This document shows, in pieces, positions 1 to 9,747 of a stretch of 64,000 nt of DNA; the stretch's first letter is position 1; every line of letters begins with the position of its first letter. Location: positions 320,001-384,000 of the forward strand of contig CAVQYR010000001.1 in assembly GCA_963718235.1 (NCBI GenBank), given 5' to 3'. The notes below the pieces were generated by a model, which did not search any database, was not told the origin of the DNA, and saw only the letters and a program-made list of their open reading frames with translations. Position numbers and translations under genes: made by a program. The DNA comes from an uncultured Actinomycetota bacterium. GTDB taxonomy: Bacteria; Actinomycetota; Actinomycetes; JAHEKZ01.

Positions 1-840
1 CACGCCCCGCACGATGTCCGCCTTCTCGGCAGCGGGTCGTGCTCTGAGCGTGGTCCCGTGCACCGACGCTCGCCGGCTCATCAGACGTCTGAGGTCGAGC
101 TCGCCCTTGGCGCCCCCTTGCAGGCCGATCACGACGAGCCGGCCCCCCGGTGCCACAGCCCGCAGGTTCCGGTCGAGGTAGGAAGCCCCCATCACGTCGA
201 GGACGACGTCGACGCCGCGACCGTCGGTGGCCTCGCGCACCGCATCGACGAAGTCGACCTCGCGGTAGTTGATCGCGACGTCGGCACCCAGGGCTCGCGC
301 GGTGTCCCCCTTGCCCTGCGAGCCGACGGTGACGAGCACGCGCACCCCCAGCGCACGGGCGAGCTGGACGGCGAACGTCCCGATCCCCGACCCGCCGCCG
401 TGCACGAGCAGCGTCTCGCCCCGCTGGAGCCGGGCCACCAGGACCAGGTTCGACCACACGGTGCAGGCGACCTCGGGCAGTGCCGCGGCGGTGACGACGT
501 CGACCCCGCGCGGCACGGGCAGCAGCTGCCCTGCAGGGACGGCGACCCGCTCGGCGTACCCGCCGCCGCTCAGCAGCGCCGCCACCTCGTCCCCGGGCCG
601 CCACTCGGTGACCGCGCTGCCCACGGCGGTGACGGTGCCGGAGACCTCCAGCCCGAGCAGCGGCGAGACCCCTGGCGGGGGTGGATAGTGGCCACGACGT
701 TGCAGGAGGTCGGCGCGGTTGACCCCTGCGGCCGCCACCGAGACGAGCACCTCGTCGTCGGCGCAGGCGGGCTCGTCGACGTCGTCGCGCCACTTCAGCT
801 GCTCGGGTCCGCCGGGCTCCCCGACCACGATCGCGCGCAT
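1..840 (-). CDS. NAD(P)H-quinone oxidoreductase, PIG3/MDR family (runs off the window start)
   Basis: Manual translation from ATG at 840: MRAIVVGEPGGPEQL...AAAGVNRADLLQRRGHYPPPPG...LGLEVSG...LVHGGGSGIGT. Absent from the ORF track because there is no stop in the window. Confidence 0.9.
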   Translation of the reverse strand, partial: MRAIVVGEPGGPEQLKWRDDVDEPACADDEVLVSVAAAGVNRADLLQRRGHYPPPPGVSPLLGLEVSGTVTAVGSAVTEWRPGDEVAALLSGGGYAERVAVPAGQLLPVPRGVDVVTAAALPEVACTVWSNLVLVARLQRGETLLVHGGGSGIGTFAVQLARALGVRVLVTVGSQGKGDTARALGADVAINYREVDFVDAVREATDGRGVDVVLDVMGASYLDRNLRAVAPGGRLVVIGLQGGAKGELDLRRLMSRRASVHGTTLRARPAAEKADIVRGV

Positions 841-895
841 GTGCTGACCCTAGGTGGTGACCGTGAGACGGTGGGGTAGACCAGGTGGAGGTTCC

Positions 896-2734
896 ATGGC
901 GCGCCCGTTGCGCATCGCCAACTGCAGCGGCTTCTACGGAGACCGGCTGGCAGCGGCTCGTGAGGTGGTCGACGCCGGGCCGCTCGACGTCCTCACCGGC
1001 GACTGGCTGGCCGAGCTGACGATGCTCATCCTGGCCCGCTCGAGGTTGAAGCGCGGGCCCGGCAGCGGCTACGCACGCACCTTCCTCGACCAGATGGACG
1101 ACGTGCTGGACCGCTGCCTGCACCGGGGGATCAAGGTGGTGAGCAACGCCGGAGGCGTCGACCCGGCCGGCCTGGCCGCCGCTGTGCACGAGCTGGCCGT
1201 CCGGCACGGCCTGCGCCCACGGATCGCGTACGTGCTCGGAGACGACCTCGTGCCGCGCTTCGACGACCTGACGGCCGGGGGCGAGCCGTGGCTGAACCTC
1301 GACACCGGTGAGCCGTTCCGCGAGGTCGGGCAGCCGCCTCTGACCGCGAACGCCTACCTCGGTGCGTTCGGCATCAAGGCGGCGTTGGACGCCGGGGCCG
1401 ACGTGGTGATCACCGGCCGAGTCACCGACGCCTCGCTCGTGGTCGGCCCCGGCGCCTGGCACCACGGCTGGGGTCCCGACGACCTCGGCCCCCTCGCCGG
1501 GGCGACGACCGCGGGGCACCTCGTGGAGTGTGGGACCCAGGTGACCGGGGGGAACTTCGCCTTCTTCACCGAGGTCGCCGGCCTGAGCCGGCTGGGGTTC
1601 CCGGTGGTCGAGCTGGCCGCCGACGGCTCCTGCGTCGTCACCAAGCAGACCGGCACCGGAGGTGCGGTCACGCCGGACACGGTCACCGCTCAGCTGCTCT
1701 ACGAGATCGACGCCCCGCGCTACCTGGGGCCTGACGTCGTCAGCCGCTTCGACACCGCCGAGCTGGCGGTCGTCGGACCGGACCGGGTCGAGGTGCGCGG
1801 CGTCGTCGGTGAGCCACCACCGGGCAGGCTCAAGGTGGCCCTGAACTACCTCGGCGGGTTCCGCAACACGGTCACCTTCGTGCTGACCGGCCTGGACGTC
1901 GAACGCAAGGCACAGATCGTGGTCGAGCAGCTCTTCGCCGACCTCCCGGGCGGTCGGGACTCCTTCGACGACGTCGACGTGCAGCTGCTGCGTCATGGGG
2001 CCGGGCTGGACCCGCAGACGCTGTGGCAGGCCCAGTCCGAGCTGCGGGTGACGGTGAAGAGCCGCGACCCCAACCTGGTCGGCCGCGCCTTCACGGCCAA
2101 AGCGGTCGAGCTCACGCTGTCGTCGGTGCCGGGGCTCTTCCTGCCCGGACCGCCACCGGCGCCGTCGCCGTTCGGGATCTACTGGCCGACCACGGTCGAT
2201 GCCCGAGCCGTCGAGCAGCGGGTGCTGATGCTCGAACCGGTCCTGGACACCGGGTCGCCACAGGAGGCCACCGAGGTCGCGTCGGTGTCCGCCAGCGGGG
2301 TGCCTGCCGTGGCTGCGCCTGCCCCGTCGTACGGGGTGGCTGCACCAACGGCTGTCCCTCCCGGTTCGCGGGTACGGGCTCCGCTCGGGGTGATCCTCGG
2401 CGCCCGCTCCGGCGACAAAGGGGGCAACGCAAACGTCGGCGTGTGGGTGAGGAGCGACCACCCGCTGCGCGAGGCAGCCTACGAGTGGCTGGTGGCGGGG
2501 CTTACGGCCCAGCGGTTGGTCGAGCTGATGCCGGAGACCGAGGGCCTGGTCGTCGACCGCTTCGTACTGCCCAACCTGTACGCGGCCAACTTCGTCGTGC
2601 GGGGTCTGCTCGGACGTGGCGTGGCGGCGAACACGTCGGTCGATCCGCAGGGCAAGGGGCTGGGAGAGTACCTGCGGGCGAAGGTGGTCGACCTGCCCGC
2701 CGACCTGATGACCGGACTCGAGGAATCGCCATGA
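896..2734 (+). CDS. Acyclic terpene utilization AtuA (DUF1446) family protein
   Basis: LRIANCSGFYGDR, GDWLAELTM, GARSGDKGGNANVG and DPQGKGLGEYL motifs. GGAGG RBS before ATG 896. Confidence 0.85.
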   Translation: MARPLRIANCSGFYGDRLAAAREVVDAGPLDVLTGDWLAELTMLILARSRLKRGPGSGYARTFLDQMDDVLDRCLHRGIKVVSNAGGVDPAGLAAAVHELAVRHGLRPRIAYVLGDDLVPRFDDLTAGGEPWLNLDTGEPFREVGQPPLTANAYLGAFGIKAALDAGADVVITGRVTDASLVVGPGAWHHGWGPDDLGPLAGATTAGHLVECGTQVTGGNFAFFTEVAGLSRLGFPVVELAADGSCVVTKQTGTGGAVTPDTVTAQLLYEIDAPRYLGPDVVSRFDTAELAVVGPDRVEVRGVVGEPPPGRLKVALNYLGGFRNTVTFVLTGLDVERKAQIVVEQLFADLPGGRDSFDDVDVQLLRHGAGLDPQTLWQAQSELRVTVKSRDPNLVGRAFTAKAVELTLSSVPGLFLPGPPPAPSPFGIYWPTTVDARAVEQRVLMLEPVLDTGSPQEATEVASVSASGVPAVAAPAPSYGVAAPTAVPPGSRVRAPLGVILGARSGDKGGNANVGVWVRSDHPLREAAYEWLVAGLTAQRLVELMPETEGLVVDRFVLPNLYAANFVVRGLLGRGVAANTSVDPQGKGLGEYLRAKVVDLPADLMTGLEESP

Positions 2735-3528
2735 CCGTGCAGAGCAGCGTGCAGATCAGCCGCGACACCGGGGTCACCACCTTGATCCTGGACCGCCCCG
2801 AGCGCCGCAACGCCTTGAACCTCGCGATGGTGCAGGAGCTGCGGGCGGCCCTGGACGCAGCCGCGTCCGACGACTCGGTTCGGGTCGTCGTCCTGACGGG
2901 AGCCGGCAGCACGTTCTGCTCAGGCGCCGACCTCACCGATGCCGCCGAAGGCGGTGCCGAGTCCTTCGCAGGAGGAGTGCCCGCCGCGTTCGCCGACCTG
3001 CTCGGTGCGATGGTCGACCATCCGAAGCCGATCATCGGCCGGGTGCAGGGTCACGTGGCCGGTGGAGGCATCGGCCTGGTCGCCGCGTGCGACCTGGCGG
3101 CGGCCGTCGACGGGGCCTGGTTCGCCTTCGCCGAGGTCCGGCTCGGGGTCGTGCCCGCCGTCATCGCTCCCTACGTCCTGCGCAAGCTCGCACCGGCCGC
3201 AGCCTCGGAGCTGATGCTCACCGGTGAGCGGGTCAGCGCGGAGGTCGTGCGTGAGGCGGGGCTCGTGCAGCGCGTCGTGCGCAGCGAGTCCCTCGATGCC
3301 ACGGTGTTCGCCTGGGCCGCCCAGCTGCGCCGTGGTGGTCCCCAGGCGATGGCGGTCACCAAGCGGGTGCTCACCCGGGTCCCCACGATGGAGCGGGCCG
3401 AAGCACGCGCGTGGACGACCGCGGTGTCGGCCGCGGCGTTCGGGTCGGTGGAGGCACAGGAGGGCATCGCCGCCCATGCGGGACGTCGCGACCCGTCGTG
3501 GGCCGGCCCGGGGGCTACTGCGTCGTGA
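2731..3528 (+). CDS. Enoyl-CoA hydratase/isomerase (methylglutaconyl-CoA hydratase-like)
   Basis: LDRPERRNALN, FCSGADL, GGGIGLVAACD, EVRLG. ATGA overlap with the upstream stop. Confidence 0.9.
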   Translation: MTVQSSVQISRDTGVTTLILDRPERRNALNLAMVQELRAALDAAASDDSVRVVVLTGAGSTFCSGADLTDAAEGGAESFAGGVPAAFADLLGAMVDHPKPIIGRVQGHVAGGGIGLVAACDLAAAVDGAWFAFAEVRLGVVPAVIAPYVLRKLAPAAASELMLTGERVSAEVVREAGLVQRVVRSESLDATVFAWAAQLRRGGPQAMAVTKRVLTRVPTMERAEARAWTTAVSAAAFGSVEAQEGIAAHAGRRDPSWAGPGATAS

Positions 3529-4060
3529 GGTCGTCGGGGGAGTCGACGTCGACCAGCGAGCCGGTCGGCGCCGCGACCGTCACAGGGTCGAGCCCCTCGT
3601 AGAGCGTCATCATCGCGGCGCCCTGGACCTGGCCGAGGGCGGCGAGCCGACGCATGAGGTGCCGTCGGGGCCACAGGGCGGTGAGCGGCTGGGTACGCCC
3701 GTCGTCGTCGGCCATGACGACGACCCGCTCGGCGTCGCCCGCGCACTCGATCAGTGCCGCGACCGCCTGAGCGACGCGGGGCATGTCGCCGGCCAGGATC
3801 ACGATCCGGTCGGCGCTGGTGCACGCGAGTCCGGCGGCCAGCCCGGCCACCGGGCCACCGCCTGCGGGCACCTCTCGGGTCCAGGTGACGGGCCGGGCCG
3901 TCGTCCGCTGCGGACCGACGACGACGGTGCGTTGCGCGTGGGCGACCGCGTCCAGGGCGTGGTCGAGCAGGGGCCGCCCCTCCAGGGCGTGGGCGAGCTT
4001 GTCCGAGCCGAACCTGCGGGAGTCGCCGCCGGCCAGCACGATGGCGTCGAAGGCGATCAC
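3515..4060 (-). CDS. mobA: Molybdenum cofactor guanylyltransferase (MobA-like NTP transferase)
   Basis: AIVLAGGDSRRFGSDK, GGGPVAGL, LAGDMP, DVDSPDDL. GTG start inferred. Confidence 0.8.
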   Translation of the reverse strand: MIAFDAIVLAGGDSRRFGSDKLAHALEGRPLLDHALDAVAHAQRTVVVGPQRTTARPVTWTREVPAGGGPVAGLAAGLACTSADRIVILAGDMPRVAQAVAALIECAGDAERVVVMADDDGRTQPLTALWPRRHLMRRLAALGQVQGAAMMTLYEGLDPVTVAAPTGSLVDVDSPDDLTTQ

Positions 4061-4149
4061 CCGGGCGCCCTGCCTTGCGCGTCGTTGCCTACGGTGTGGT
4101 CCACGGTTGGGAGAGTAGGCCGGTTTCCGGTCGGTGAGGAGGGCACGGC

Positions 4150-4623
4150 ATGTCCGAGGCGCCGGTCGCCTTTCGGCGGCACCGGTACGACGAGGTCGTC
4201 GTCCACGGCCTGATCGAGGAGCTGCAGGAGGAGTACGTCGTCCGCTACGGCGGCCGTGACGGCACACCCGTCGACCCCGAGCAGTTCGCGCCGCCGACGG
4301 GCTCCTTCCTGGTCGCCACTCAGGACGGCGAGCCGGTCGGTTGTGGCGGGTTGCGGCGCCACGACGAGCGGCAGGTCGAGGTCAAGCGGATGTTCGTGCG
4401 CACCCCGTTCCGGGGACGGGGCCTGGCCCGGGTGCTGCTGGCGGCGCTGGAGGACGAGGCTCGTGCGCTCGGCTACGCACGGATCCTGATGGAGTCGGGC
4501 ACCGCACAGCCGGAGGCGATGGCGCTGTACGAGTCGAGCGGCTACGTGCGGATCCCTGGCTTCGGCTACTACCGGGACTCACCGGAGAACCGCTGCTACG
4601 CCAAGGACCTCGCCGCCGCGTAG
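4150..4623 (+). CDS. GNAT family N-acetyltransferase
   Basis: VGCGGLR, EVKRMFV, RGRGLAR acetyl-CoA motif, QPEAMALYESSGY. Confidence 0.9.
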   Translation: MSEAPVAFRRHRYDEVVVHGLIEELQEEYVVRYGGRDGTPVDPEQFAPPTGSFLVATQDGEPVGCGGLRRHDERQVEVKRMFVRTPFRGRGLARVLLAALEDEARALGYARILMESGTAQPEAMALYESSGYVRIPGFGYYRDSPENRCYAKDLAAA

Positions 4624-4662
4624 GGGCCGTCGGCCGCCGGTACGGCACAATGCGTTGACCCG

Positions 4663-4747
4663 GGAGGGTTGGCAGAGCGGCCGAATGCACCCGCCTTGAA
4701 AGCGGGAGATGCGCAAGCATCCGGGGGTTCAAATCCCTCACCCTCCG
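4663..4747 (+). tRNA. tRNA-Ser (anticodon TGA)
   Basis: GGAGGGT/ACCCTCC acceptor stem, CCCGC-CTTGAAA-GCGGG anticodon arm, long variable arm, GGTTCAAATCC T-loop. Confidence 0.95.
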
Positions 4748-4762
4748 CGCCGGGCGCGGTGC

Positions 4763-6013
4763 TCACCGGACGACGCGCCCACCCTTGACGACTGCCCGGA
4801 CGTCGTCGGCGAACACGCTGAGGTCGCCGAGGTCACGGCCGCCGACGGCGACCAGGTCGGCGTATCGGCCGGGCTCCAGGGAACCGACCGAGTCGTCGTC
4901 CATGCACTCCGCGGCCCACAGCGTGGCGGCGCGCAGCGTGTTGATCGGCGAGAGCCCGAGGCGCACCATCACGGGCAGCTGTCGGGCGTTCATGCCGTGC
5001 GGGTACACCCCGGAGTCGGTGCCGAACGCGATGCGCACCCCGAGCTCCACGGCCCGGGTGAAGGCGGCGCGCTGGGTCTCGGTGGTGTCGGTGTTCTTCT
5101 GCAGCGTCGCGGCCGGCCAGCCCTCGGCGCGTCCGGTCTCGGCGATCCAGTCACCGTTCCAGACGTCGGCCACCAGGTAGGTGCCCGCCTCGGCCATGAG
5201 CTGGAGCGCCTCCTCGTCAGCGATCGAGCCGTGCTCGACCGAACGGACGCCGGCGCGGACGGCTCGCTTGATGCCCTCGGCCCCGTGGGCGTGCGCAGCC
5301 ACGAACGTGTCGTACAGCGCGGCCTCGTCGACGGCAGCCCGGATCTCGTCCTCGGAGAACTCCGGCGCACCCGGGGTCGTCCCCGGTGCGAGGACGGCCC
5401 CTGTGGCGATCACCTTGATGAAGTCGGCGCCGCCGGCGAGCAGCAGCCGCACGTTGCGACGCACCTCGTCGACGCTGTTGCTCACGCCGTAGCGCAGGGA
5501 CCGGGGCAGCTCGATGTCGTGGGCGAAGCCGGTCACCCCACCGCCTCCACCGTCGGTCGTGATGTACGCCCCCGAGCAGCGCATGCGCGGCCCCTCGAAC
5601 CAGCCGGCCTCGATCCCGCGCTTGAGGGCGACGTCGGCGAAGGCCCGGAAGGTGCCGACGTCACGCACCGAGGTGAACCCGGCCCGCAGGGTGTCGCGCG
5701 CGTGCTTCACACCGACCAGTGCCTCGTCGGCCTCGCTCTTGGTGAGGATCTCGGCGTACGAGCCGCCCTCGATCGCGCCGACCAGGTGGGTGTGCAGGTC
5801 GATCAGGCCGGGTGCGACGGTGCAGTCGCTCAGGTCGAGGACCGCTGCGTCGGCCGGCAGCGGCACGTCACCCGCCTGGACCGAGGCGACCCGCTCGCCG
5901 TCCAGGACCAGGACGACGTCGTCGCGGACGACGCCGGCGCGCACATCGACGAGGCGACCGCAGCGGACGACGTCCACGGTGGTGGCGCGGGTGGCGAAGG
6001 AGTCCGGCGTCAC
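4763..6013 (-). CDS. Metal-dependent amidohydrolase (prolidase-like/Xaa-Pro dipeptidase subgroup)
   Basis: PGLIDLHTH, GFTSVRDVG, GADFIK, AAHAHG, SVEHG, FGTDSG, GSLEPGRYADLV. Confidence 0.9.
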   Translation of the reverse strand: MTPDSFATRATTVDVVRCGRLVDVRAGVVRDDVVLVLDGERVASVQAGDVPLPADAAVLDLSDCTVAPGLIDLHTHLVGAIEGGSYAEILTKSEADEALVGVKHARDTLRAGFTSVRDVGTFRAFADVALKRGIEAGWFEGPRMRCSGAYITTDGGGGGVTGFAHDIELPRSLRYGVSNSVDEVRRNVRLLLAGGADFIKVIATGAVLAPGTTPGAPEFSEDEIRAAVDEAALYDTFVAAHAHGAEGIKRAVRAGVRSVEHGSIADEEALQLMAEAGTYLVADVWNGDWIAETGRAEGWPAATLQKNTDTTETQRAAFTRAVELGVRIAFGTDSGVYPHGMNARQLPVMVRLGLSPINTLRAATLWAAECMDDDSVGSLEPGRYADLVAVGGRDLGDLSVFADDVRAVVKGGRVVR

Positions 6014-6081
6014 GGTGTGGTCGGTGTGGTCGGTGTGGTCGGTGTGGTCGGTGGGTCGTGGTCGGTCTGGTCGGTCTGGTC
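6014..6081. repeat. Imperfect 9-bp tandem repeat (GGTGTGGTC x4, then GGTCTGGTC variants)
   Basis: Directly visible between the amidohydrolase start and the solo palindromic element. Confidence 0.85.
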
Positions 6082-6108
6082 AGACATGACGGCGAACCTA
6101 CCCCCCAC

Positions 6109-6178
6109 CCAAGTTGATCATGCAGAAGTTGCGGTCCCAGGAGGTCGAACCGGGAGATCATGTCCAAGATCAACTTGG
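6109..6178. repeat. Solo palindromic REP/MITE-like unit (CCAAGTTGATC...GATCAACTTGG), same family as the inverted repeats at 19568 and 20655
   Basis: 62-bp core GTTGATCATGCAGAAG...GTCCAAGATCAAC matches the 19572-19633 unit at 48/62 positions with no gaps. Confidence 0.85.
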
Positions 6179-7141
6179 TGGGGTGGGGGTGGCGGCGAGG
6201 CGGGCGAAGCCCTCGTCGAGGGTGACCCGGGGGGACCACGCCAGCGCCTCGCGGGTGCGTCGCTGGTCGAACCAGTGGGCAGTGGACAGCTGCTCGGCCA
6301 GGAACCGGGTCATCGGGGGCTCGTCGTCGCGTCCCGCCAGCGACCACGACGACTCGACGAGCGCGCCGCCGGACCGGGCGACCGCGCTTGGCACCGACCG
6401 GGTCGGAGCAGGCGCGCCGCACGCCAGGCAGATGCGGGACAACAGCTCGCACACGGTGCGCGGCTGGCCGTTGGTCACCACGAACGCCTCCCCGTGGACG
6501 ACGTCGGCCCGGTCGAGCGCGGACACGACGGCGTCGACGGCGTTGTCGACGTACGTGCTGTCGATCAGTGCGGTGCCCCCGTCGACCAGGACCAGCCGCC
6601 CTCGGTGGGCGCGCTCGACGATCCGCGCGACGAGCTGGGTGTCACCTGGCCCCCACACGAGGTGCGGGCGTACCGCCACCACGGCGAAGCCGTCGGCGTC
6701 CGCGGCGAGGGCTGCCTGCTCGGCCAGGGCCTTGCTCCTCGCGTAGTGACCACGCGCACGCTCCGGGTCGGCCGGTGCGGCCCCCACCCCGACGAGGGGC
6801 TCACCGGCGTGGGCCACCGAGGGCGACGACACCTGGACGAACCGGTTGGCCCCGGCGGCCCGCGCTGCGGCCAGCAGGGCCCGCGTGCCCTGCACGTTGA
6901 CCCGCTCGAACTCCGCCCACGGCCCGGTCACGGACACCTTGGCGGCGAGGTGCACGACGGCGTCCTGCCCCGCCACCGCATCGGCGACCACGGCGGGGTC
7001 TGCAACGTCGCCCAGGACCTCGGCCAGCCCCGAGCCGCTCGGGCGCCGCTGCAGGACGGTGACGGTGTCTCCTCGGTCGGCCAGGGACCGGGCCACCGCC
7101 CCTCCGAGCATGCCGCTGGCCCCGGTGACGAGCACCCTCAT
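6170..7141 (-). CDS. oleD: OleD-type NAD(P)-dependent epimerase/3-beta-HSD family reductase
   Basis: MRVLVTGASGMLG, HLAAKV, YARSK, RPHLVWGPGD. ATGA-coupled to oleBC. Confidence 0.85.
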   Translation of the reverse strand: MRVLVTGASGMLGGAVARSLADRGDTVTVLQRRPSGSGLAEVLGDVADPAVVADAVAGQDAVVHLAAKVSVTGPWAEFERVNVQGTRALLAAARAAGANRFVQVSSPSVAHAGEPLVGVGAAPADPERARGHYARSKALAEQAALAADADGFAVVAVRPHLVWGPGDTQLVARIVERAHRGRLVLVDGGTALIDSTYVDNAVDAVVSALDRADVVHGEAFVVTNGQPRTVCELLSRICLACGAPAPTRSVPSAVARSGGALVESSWSLAGRDDEPPMTRFLAEQLSTAHWFDQRRTREALAWSPRVTLDEGFARLAATPTPPS

Positions 7142-9747
7142 CGTCGTGGCGCCTTCCGCCCGGCCAGGAGCTGCTCGGCCCAGCGCGCCACCTGCGCGCG
7201 GTCGATCTTGGAGTTGTGCCGGACGTCGACCGGGAGGCGGGGCGTGACCAGGACCGCCGCGACGTCGACGCCCCCGACGGCTGCGCGTACCTGGTCGGCC
7301 AGGGCCAGGGGAGCCAGTCCGGGCCGACGCGAGCGGGGCGACGTCTCCACGACGACGACCACCTGCTGGGTGCCGACCGGGCCGACGCCGACCACCGCGG
7401 CCAGGGTGACGGCATCGACCTGCTCGACCCGCTGCTCGACGCCCACCGGCGTCACGACACCGTCGGCCGTCACCACGACGTGCGCCAAACGCCCCTCGAC
7501 CCACAGCCGCCCCTGCGCATCGAGGTGCCCGACGTCGCCGGTCCGGTGCCATCCGGCGTCGCGGGCACTGGCCGTCTGGGTCGACCACAGCTGGTCGTAG
7601 TGGTCCTTCACATGGTCGGCCCGCACCACGATCTCGCCGGTGACCTCGGCCCGCATGGTCAGTCCTCCGTCGGCTGCACCCGAGGAGGACAGAGGGCTCA
7701 CCGCGACGTCGACCCCCTTCAACGGAGTCCCGACACACACGCCGGACCCGGTGCCCACGGCGTCGAGCTGGCCGAGCGTGATGTCGGCGACCGGGAGCAC
7801 CTCGGTCATCCCGTAGGGGGTGTGGGCCTCGCAGTCGCCTAGAAGGCGAGCAGCGGCCCGCAGCGTGTCCCGCGGCACGGGCGCGCCGGCCGACAGAAGA
7901 GCCCGCACTTGGGTCAGCGCGTCACGGGCGCCGGAGTCCAGCTGGTCGGCCGTGTCGACCACGTTGCGCAAGGCGGCTGGTGACCCGAAGACCACCGTGG
8001 CGTCGATCGCCTCGACTGCCTCGGCCAGCGCGGTTGCGGTCAGCGTTGCCGGTGCTGTGACGTCCATGTCGGGCACGGCGGAGGCGATTCCCAGTGCCGG
8101 ACCGTAGAGCGCGAACGGGGCGAACGCGGCGACGAGCCGGTCCTGGCCGGTGATCCCGAACAAGGTGGCGACGGCGTCGCGCTGCGCCTCGAGCTGGCGG
8201 TGCCGGTAGACCACGCCCTTGGCCGGCCCGGTGGCCCCGGAGGTGAACAGAACCGCAGCCTCAGCCTCGGCCGAAGGGGGCCGGGGCGTCGGCAGTGCCC
8301 GTCCGTCGAGCGCCACCTGCGCCAGGGTGGTGGTCGGCCGGGTGAGGGCGGACACCCGACCCGACACCGGACCGGCCGCGACCAGCTGTCCGGGGAGGCC
8401 CATGAGCCGCGCGGCGAGCAGGCCGCGTTCAACGCCGACCACGTGCTGCACATCGGCACCTTGCAGCGCCTCGCGCAGGCCCTTCAGCCCGAGCCCGGCG
8501 TCGGCGACGACGACCACGGCACCCATCTGCCAGCAGGCGTAGAGCACGGCGGTGAGGTCGGCGCCGGGCGTCACCAGGAGCGCGACCCGGTCGCCGGGCT
8601 CGACGCCGTGCTGGACGAGCCCCGAGGCGAGGTCGTGCACCCGCTGGGCGAGCTGGCGCCACGACACCGTGCGGCCCCCGGCTGACAGCTCGACGACCGC
8701 AGGGGATTCGTCGTCGGCCCGTGCGTCGAGGGCCGACCACAGTGGACGGCGAAGCGGTGCCTCGCGCGGAGGAGCGTCGACGGCGCCGGGCGTGGTGTCT
8801 GTGCTGGCCCCGTCAGCGGCGGGCTGCCGGGCGAGGGTGTCGACGAACTGCTCGATCGCCTCAGCCACGGGAGCGTCGTCGACCACCAGGTGCCCGGCGT
8901 TGGGGAACCGGTGCAGCTTCGCCTGTGGGAGTCGTCGCTGCACGTCGCGCAGGTAGCGGTCGGAGAACACCGGGTCGCGCGGACCCCACAACAGCAGGGC
9001 CGGCACCTGCGCGAGCTCGGACAGGCGCTTCTGGATCGAGGTCAGGGTGGCGAAGCTGGGGTCAGCCGGGGCCAGCGGGATGTCGTCGACGAAGTCGCCG
9101 ACCGCTTGTCGGTCGGCCGCCCTTCGGTACGGCGCGGCGTAGGCCCGCCGGACCTCGACCGGCAGCGACGGGTGGGCCAGCCGCAACGTGCCCTGGACGA
9201 AGGCCGCCGTCCGGACCGTCGAGGTGCGCAGGACTCCCGGCGTGCGAGCCGCGGCGATCAGGGCCGGCAGCCGGGCGTCGTCGGGCTGGGCCACCGCCGT
9301 GTTGGTCAGGACGACGCCGGTGAGGTCGCCGGGGTGGTCCAGGGCCCAGCCCAGCGAGATCGAGCCGCCCCAGTCGTGGCCGACGGTGACGACCGGACCG
9401 CTGACGTCGAGGGCCCGGGTCACCGCCCCGAGCTCGGCGACCCGGTCGGCCAGTCGGTGCTGCTCACCGGTCCGCTCGGAGTACCCCATGCCGAGGTGGT
9501 CCACCGCGACCACCCGCCAGCGGTCGCCTAGCCGGGCGGCCACCGACCGCCACAGGTAGGACCAGGTGGGGTTGCCGTGGACGCACAGCAGGGTGCCCAC
9601 GGGGTCGGCCGGTGCGGTGTCGAGGACGTGCCAGGTGCGCAGCCGCCCGTGGGAGTCCCTGGCGGAGACGAGGCGGGACCACGCAGGGTCGAGCCCGCAG
9701 AGCCCGGGCGGTGGCAGCGTGGCCGGTGCGGTGGGACCGACCGTCAC
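7138..9747 (-). CDS. oleBC: OleBC fusion: alpha/beta hydrolase (beta-lactone decarboxylase) plus AMP-dependent ligase (beta-lactone synthetase)
   Basis: HGNPTWSYLW and GHDWGG in the N-terminal half. FTSGATGPAKG, PYGMTE, RTGDVG and HNSKI in the C-terminal half. Lies between oleA and oleD. Confidence 0.85.
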   Translation of the reverse strand: MTVGPTAPATLPPPGLCGLDPAWSRLVSARDSHGRLRTWHVLDTAPADPVGTLLCVHGNPTWSYLWRSVAARLGDRWRVVAVDHLGMGYSERTGEQHRLADRVAELGAVTRALDVSGPVVTVGHDWGGSISLGWALDHPGDLTGVVLTNTAVAQPDDARLPALIAAARTPGVLRTSTVRTAAFVQGTLRLAHPSLPVEVRRAYAAPYRRAADRQAVGDFVDDIPLAPADPSFATLTSIQKRLSELAQVPALLLWGPRDPVFSDRYLRDVQRRLPQAKLHRFPNAGHLVVDDAPVAEAIEQFVDTLARQPAADGASTDTTPGAVDAPPREAPLRRPLWSALDARADDESPAVVELSAGGRTVSWRQLAQRVHDLASGLVQHGVEPGDRVALLVTPGADLTAVLYACWQMGAVVVVADAGLGLKGLREALQGADVQHVVGVERGLLAARLMGLPGQLVAAGPVSGRVSALTRPTTTLAQVALDGRALPTPRPPSAEAEAAVLFTSGATGPAKGVVYRHRQLEAQRDAVATLFGITGQDRLVAAFAPFALYGPALGIASAVPDMDVTAPATLTATALAEAVEAIDATVVFGSPAALRNVVDTADQLDSGARDALTQVRALLSAGAPVPRDTLRAAARLLGDCEAHTPYGMTEVLPVADITLGQLDAVGTGSGVCVGTPLKGVDVAVSPLSSSGAADGGLTMRAEVTGEIVVRADHVKDHYDQLWSTQTASARDAGWHRTGDVGHLDAQGRLWVEGRLAHVVVTADGVVTPVGVEQRVEQVDAVTLAAVVGVGPVGTQQVVVVVETSPRSRRPGLAPLALADQVRAAVGGVDVAAVLVTPRLPVDVRHNSKIDRAQVARWAEQLLAGRKAPRR

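Noticed and set aside
58-879. 273-aa plus-strand ORF
   Set aside because: Antisense shadow of the quinone oxidoreductase on the minus strand.
6014-6178. Possible CRISPR array
   Set aside because: Units are 9 bp with no unique spacers, and there are no cas genes in the window.
4709-7600. 963-aa plus-strand ORF
   Set aside because: Antisense to the amidohydrolase, oleD and oleBC, starts inside a tRNA, and has no recognisable motifs. High-GC artefact.
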